From Mobula hypostoma (lineage: Eukaryota): 64,000 nucleotides of DNA. The stretch lies in contig NC_086108.1 of the NCBI RefSeq assembly GCF_963921235.1, forward strand, positions 105,650,001-105,714,000. The letters are read 5' to 3'. The position numbers and the translations under genes were made by a program. Below are positions 62,262-64,000 of the stretch, piece after piece. Numbering within the stretch: the stretch's first letter is position 1; each line of letters starts with the position of its first letter. The notes below the pieces were generated by a model. That model worked only from the letters and a program-made list of their open reading frames with translations. It had not been told where the DNA came from and made no database searches.

Positions 62262-62650
62262 CAGCATGAAAATTGATTTCTCTAACTTTGGAAATTTCTC
62301 CCCACTTTCCCTTTCTCTTTTTTCCATTCTGCATTCTGGGTCCCTTCTCACTCCTTCTCCTCATCTGATTATCACCTCTCTCTGGTGCCCCTCCTTTTCT
62401 CTCTCCCATGGTGCGGTGCACTATCCTATCAGATTTCTTCTCTTTCAGCCCTTCACCATTTCCACCAATCACCTCTGTTTCTTACTTCATCCTCCCCCCA
62501 ATTCCTTACCCACCCATTTTCCCCCTCATCTGGCTTCACCAACTACCTATCAGCTTGTGCTCCTTCCCATCCCCCCACTTTCTTATTCTGGCTTTATTCT
62601 ATTTCTTTTCCGGTCCTGTTGAAGCATCTTGGCTCAAAAAGTTGACTATT
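62262..62650 (+). mobile_element. Penelope-like element 3' end
   Basis: MKIDFSNF ORF end, pyrimidine tract, decayed hammerhead at 62611-62650. Confidence 0.7.
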
Positions 62651-62741
62651 TCAGAATCAGAATTGGAATCAGGATCAGCTTTATTATCAATGGCATGTAC
62701 CATGAAATTTGTTAACTTAGCAGCAGTAGTTCAATGCAATA

Positions 62742-63685
62742 CAATAGACAATAGACAATAGGTGCAGGAATAGGCCATTCGGCCCTTCGAGCCAGCACCA
62801 CTATTCACTGTGATCATGGCTGATCATCCACTATCAGTATCCAGTTCCTGCCTTATCCCCATAACCTTTGATTCCACTATCTTTAAGAGCTCTATCCATC
62901 TTTTTTTTGAAAGCATCCAGAGACTTGGCCTCCACAGCCTTCTGGGGCAGAGCATTCCATATATCCACCACTCTCTGGGTGAAAAAGTTTTTCCTCAACT
63001 CCGTTCTAAATGGCCTACCCCTAATTCTTAAACTGTGGCCTCTGGTTCTGGACTCACCCATCAGCGGGAACATGCTTCCTGCCTGCAGCGTGTCCAATCC
63101 CTTAATAATCTTATATGTTTCAATGAGATCCCCTCTCAGCCTTCTAAATTCCAGAGTGTACAAGCCCAGTCGCTCCAATCTTTCAACATATGACAGTCCC
63201 GCCATCCCGGGAATTAACCTTGTGAACCTACGCTGCACTCCCTCAATAACAAGAATGTCCTTCCTCAAATTTGGAGACCAAAACTGCACGCAGTACTCCA
63301 GGGGTGGTCTCACCAGGGCCCTGTACAGCTGCAGAAGGACCTCTTTGCTCTTATACTCAATTCCCCTTGTTATGAAGGCCAGCATGCCATTAGTTTTTTT
63401 CACTGCCTGCTGTACTTGCATGCTTGTTTTCAGTGACTGATGTACAAGAACACCTAGATCTCGTTGTGCTTCCCCTTTTCCTAACTTGACTCCATTTAGA
63501 TAATAACCTGCCTTCCCGTTCTTACCATCAAAGTGGATAACCCCACATTTATCCACATTAAACTGCATCTGCCATGCATCTGCCCACTCACCCAGCCTGT
63601 CCAAGTCACCCTGCATTCTCATAACATCCTCCTCACATTTCACACTGCCTCCCAGCTTTGTGTCATTGGCAAATTTGCTAATGTT
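62742..63685 (-). mobile_element. Young CR1 LINE (open ORF2 C-terminal ~280 aa) inserted in a Rex1 3' UTR
   Basis: ORF 62834-63724 from NISKFANDTKLGG to the stop is uninterrupted; Rex1 tail continues at 62651-62741 and 63686-64000. Confidence 0.95.
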
Positions 63686-64000
63686 AATATAATGTAGAAG
63701 ATGAAGGAAAAAAAAGTAAATCAATTACTGTATAGTGTATTGAATAGATCAAAATCGTGCAAAACCCAGAAATAATATATATTAAAAAAGTGACTAGTGT
63801 TCACGAGTTCAATGCCCTTTTAGGAATTGGATGGTAGAGGGGAAGAAGCTGTTCCTGAATTGCTGAGTGTGTGTCTTCAGGGTTCTGTACCTTCTACCTG
63901 ATAGTTGACATATCTTGCTCCTGTACGCCCTCTCGTCACCATTCTACCAACAATGGTTGTATCATCAGCAGATTTATAGATGGTATTTGTGCTATGCCTA
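63686..64000 (-). mobile_element. Rex1/Babar LINE 3' fragment (internally deleted)
   Basis: Homologous to 65-290 and 810-905. Confidence 0.8.

Noticed and set aside
62834..63724. 296-aa ORF as a functional gene
   Set aside because: It is a 5'-truncated CR1 ORF2. The listed start lies in flanking Rex1 sequence, and the catalytic FADD reads FAND.

Overview
Vertebrate genomic DNA that is almost entirely retroelement debris. The repeat complement (HER1-like CR1 LINEs, HE1-like V-SINEs, Rex1/Babar LINEs, Penelope-like elements) suggests a cartilaginous fish, probably a ray; this is an inference. I found no host exon, rRNA, true tRNA or CRISPR array, so the window looks intronic or intergenic. Nearly every recognisable ORF in the track is a CR1, Rex1, RTE, Penelope or Nimb fragment, or its antisense shadow. 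The main signal is RNA-level: several retroelement families carry self-cleaving-ribozyme motifs. (1) An abundant Penelope-derived repeat (at least 15 copies) carries a minimal type-I hammerhead with a palindromic ACGU stem III; one copy at 50385-50422 (-) is fully intact. (2) A second Penelope/GIY-YIG family has its own decayed hammerhead near 60521-60563. (3) A ~250-bp non-autonomous RTE element at 36026-36273 begins at the predicted cleavage site of a decayed twister ribozyme, and related RTE mini-elements carry different, uncharacterised structured heads. Also present: a Nimb/I-clade LINE remnant, a BED-finger hAT element, Tc1 derivatives, solo LTRs, MITEs, a ~200-bp duplication around a CR1 insert and a 54-bp minisatellite. 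Boundaries of decayed repeats are approximate and read by eye.
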